In this document: piece after piece, positions 63,143 to 64,000 of the stretch
How positions within the stretch are numbered: position 1 is the first letter of the stretch
Layout of the letters: every line of letters begins with the position of its first letter
Assembly: GCA_036785375.1 (NCBI GenBank)
Contig: JAWMAR010000128.1
Span: 5,704,001 to 5,768,000 of the forward strand
From: Leucoraja ocellata
Taxonomy: Eukaryota
DNA length: 64,000 nt
Direction of reading: 5' to 3'
The notes under the pieces: generated by a model
Database searches by the model: none
Told to the model about the DNA's origin: nothing
The model's input: the letters and a program-made list of their open reading frames with translations, nothing else
Program-made: the position numbers and the translations under genes

Positions 63143-63480
63143 CACAGTGAATCACCCACTCTTTCTTGCAGCACCCAGTCATGTGGGGAGTGGTGAGGGT
63201 GGGGGGGATGGGTGGAGTTAACACCCATGCCGGTGAGCCCCACGCAGGCGCAGGGGTGGGTGAGGAGAGTGTGGGAGGGGGAGGGGAGAGATGAGGAGGG
63301 AGAGAGGGAAAAGAATGTGAATCACAGTGAATCACCCACTCTTTCTTGCAGCACCCAGTCATGTGGGGAGTGGTGGGGGGAGTGGTGAGGGGGATGGGGT
63401 GGGGAGTTAACACCGGTGAGCCCCACCCAGGCGCAGGGGTGGGTGAGGGGGAGTGTGGGAGGGGGAGGGAGTGTGGGGGA
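63143..63480. repeat. Two-copy ~180-bp G-rich tandem duplication in an SDR39U1 intron
   Basis: CACAGTGAATCACCCACTCTTTCTTGCAGCACCCAGTCATGTGGGGAGTGGTG at 63143 and 63323. Confidence 0.8.
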
Positions 63481-63521
63481 GGGGGAGGGGAGTAGGGTGG
63501 TGGTGGGGGTCAGTATCTCAC

Positions 63522-63644
63522 CCACGCCGGTTAGCAGCACCCAGCTGCGGGGGGGGGTGGGGGCAGAGAGCGATGGCCTTGCTCAGGGTCCTCGTCGTCT
63601 CACTCGGCTCGACACCCACCTCCTCCTGGAAGGAGCGGCTCCAC
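63522..63644 (-). CDS. SDR39U1: SDR39U1 internal exon (net +1 frameshift in homopolymers)
   Basis: CACAG| RWSRSFQEEV...ETTRTLSKAIALCPHPP...WVLLTGV G|GTGAG. Confidence 0.88.
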
Positions 63645-63932
63645 CTGTGGGGAGAGGAGGCACTGAATCCCCCTCCCAGCACCAGCGTTTGTCTCCCCTC
63701 CCTCACCCTCCCTTCCCTCTCCCCGCACCACCCTCTCCTCTCTCACTGTCTCCAACCCGTCCTTCCTCTGTCCCCTCCCACTGATATCCTCCCCATCCCT
63801 TCCCCTCCTCTCTCCCCTCATCTCTCTCCCCCTCCCTCTCTCCCCATCTCTCTCTCCCCCTTTCCCAACTAACTCTTATCTCCCCACCGTCTATCTCCCC
63901 ATCCCTCTCCCCCTTTCCCCTCTCTCACTGAC

Positions 63933-64000
63933 CTCCGCAGTGGGTTGAGCACATTGGCTCCAGCCACATTCACCACGGCATCACAGGGGGGCAGGCCACG
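63933..64000 (-). CDS. SDR39U1: SDR39U1 exon truncated by the window edge
   Basis: RGLPPCDAVVNVAGANVLNPLRR followed by donor GTCAGT. Confidence 0.88.

Noticed and set aside
63143-63329. CACAGTG heptamers (one in a TGAATCACAGTG context) in an SDR39U1 intron as RSS
   Set aside because: No nonamer at the correct spacing; part of a local tandem duplication
60121-63872. Numerous Pro/Gly-rich ORFs on both strands
   Set aside because: Products of G/C low-complexity sequence or shadows of SDR39U1 exons

Overview
Vertebrate genomic DNA, almost certainly from a cartilaginous fish. A skate or ray is inferred from the IgX-type V and C sequences and the CR1/Penelope/V-SINE repeat landscape. The core is one complete, unrearranged IgW (IgX/omega) heavy-chain minilocus on the + strand. 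It runs: leader, VH(23-RSS), (12)D1(22), (12)D2(12), (23)JH, CH1, CH2, a Cys-rich short secretory exon, CH3-CH5, CH6 with canonical tailpiece, then a second diverged CH3-like/CH4-like exon pair, and finally TM1 and TM2. That extra pair lies 3' of the long secretory poly(A) site, and CH6 has no internal splice donor. It therefore looks like a constant-region module reachable only by membrane-form (or novel) transcripts, and is the most interesting structure in the window. The right end holds the last four exons of SDR39U1 on the - strand, convergent with IgW, with homopolymer frameshifts. The rest is dense retroelement and DNA-transposon debris: CR1, Rex1/Babar-like, Vingi-like, RTE, Penelope-like with hammerhead-like cores, Harbinger and its MITEs, Helitron-like, Tigger-like and V-SINEs. 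There is one assembly gap (13813-14191). All alignments and identities were done by eye, and repeat boundaries are approximate.
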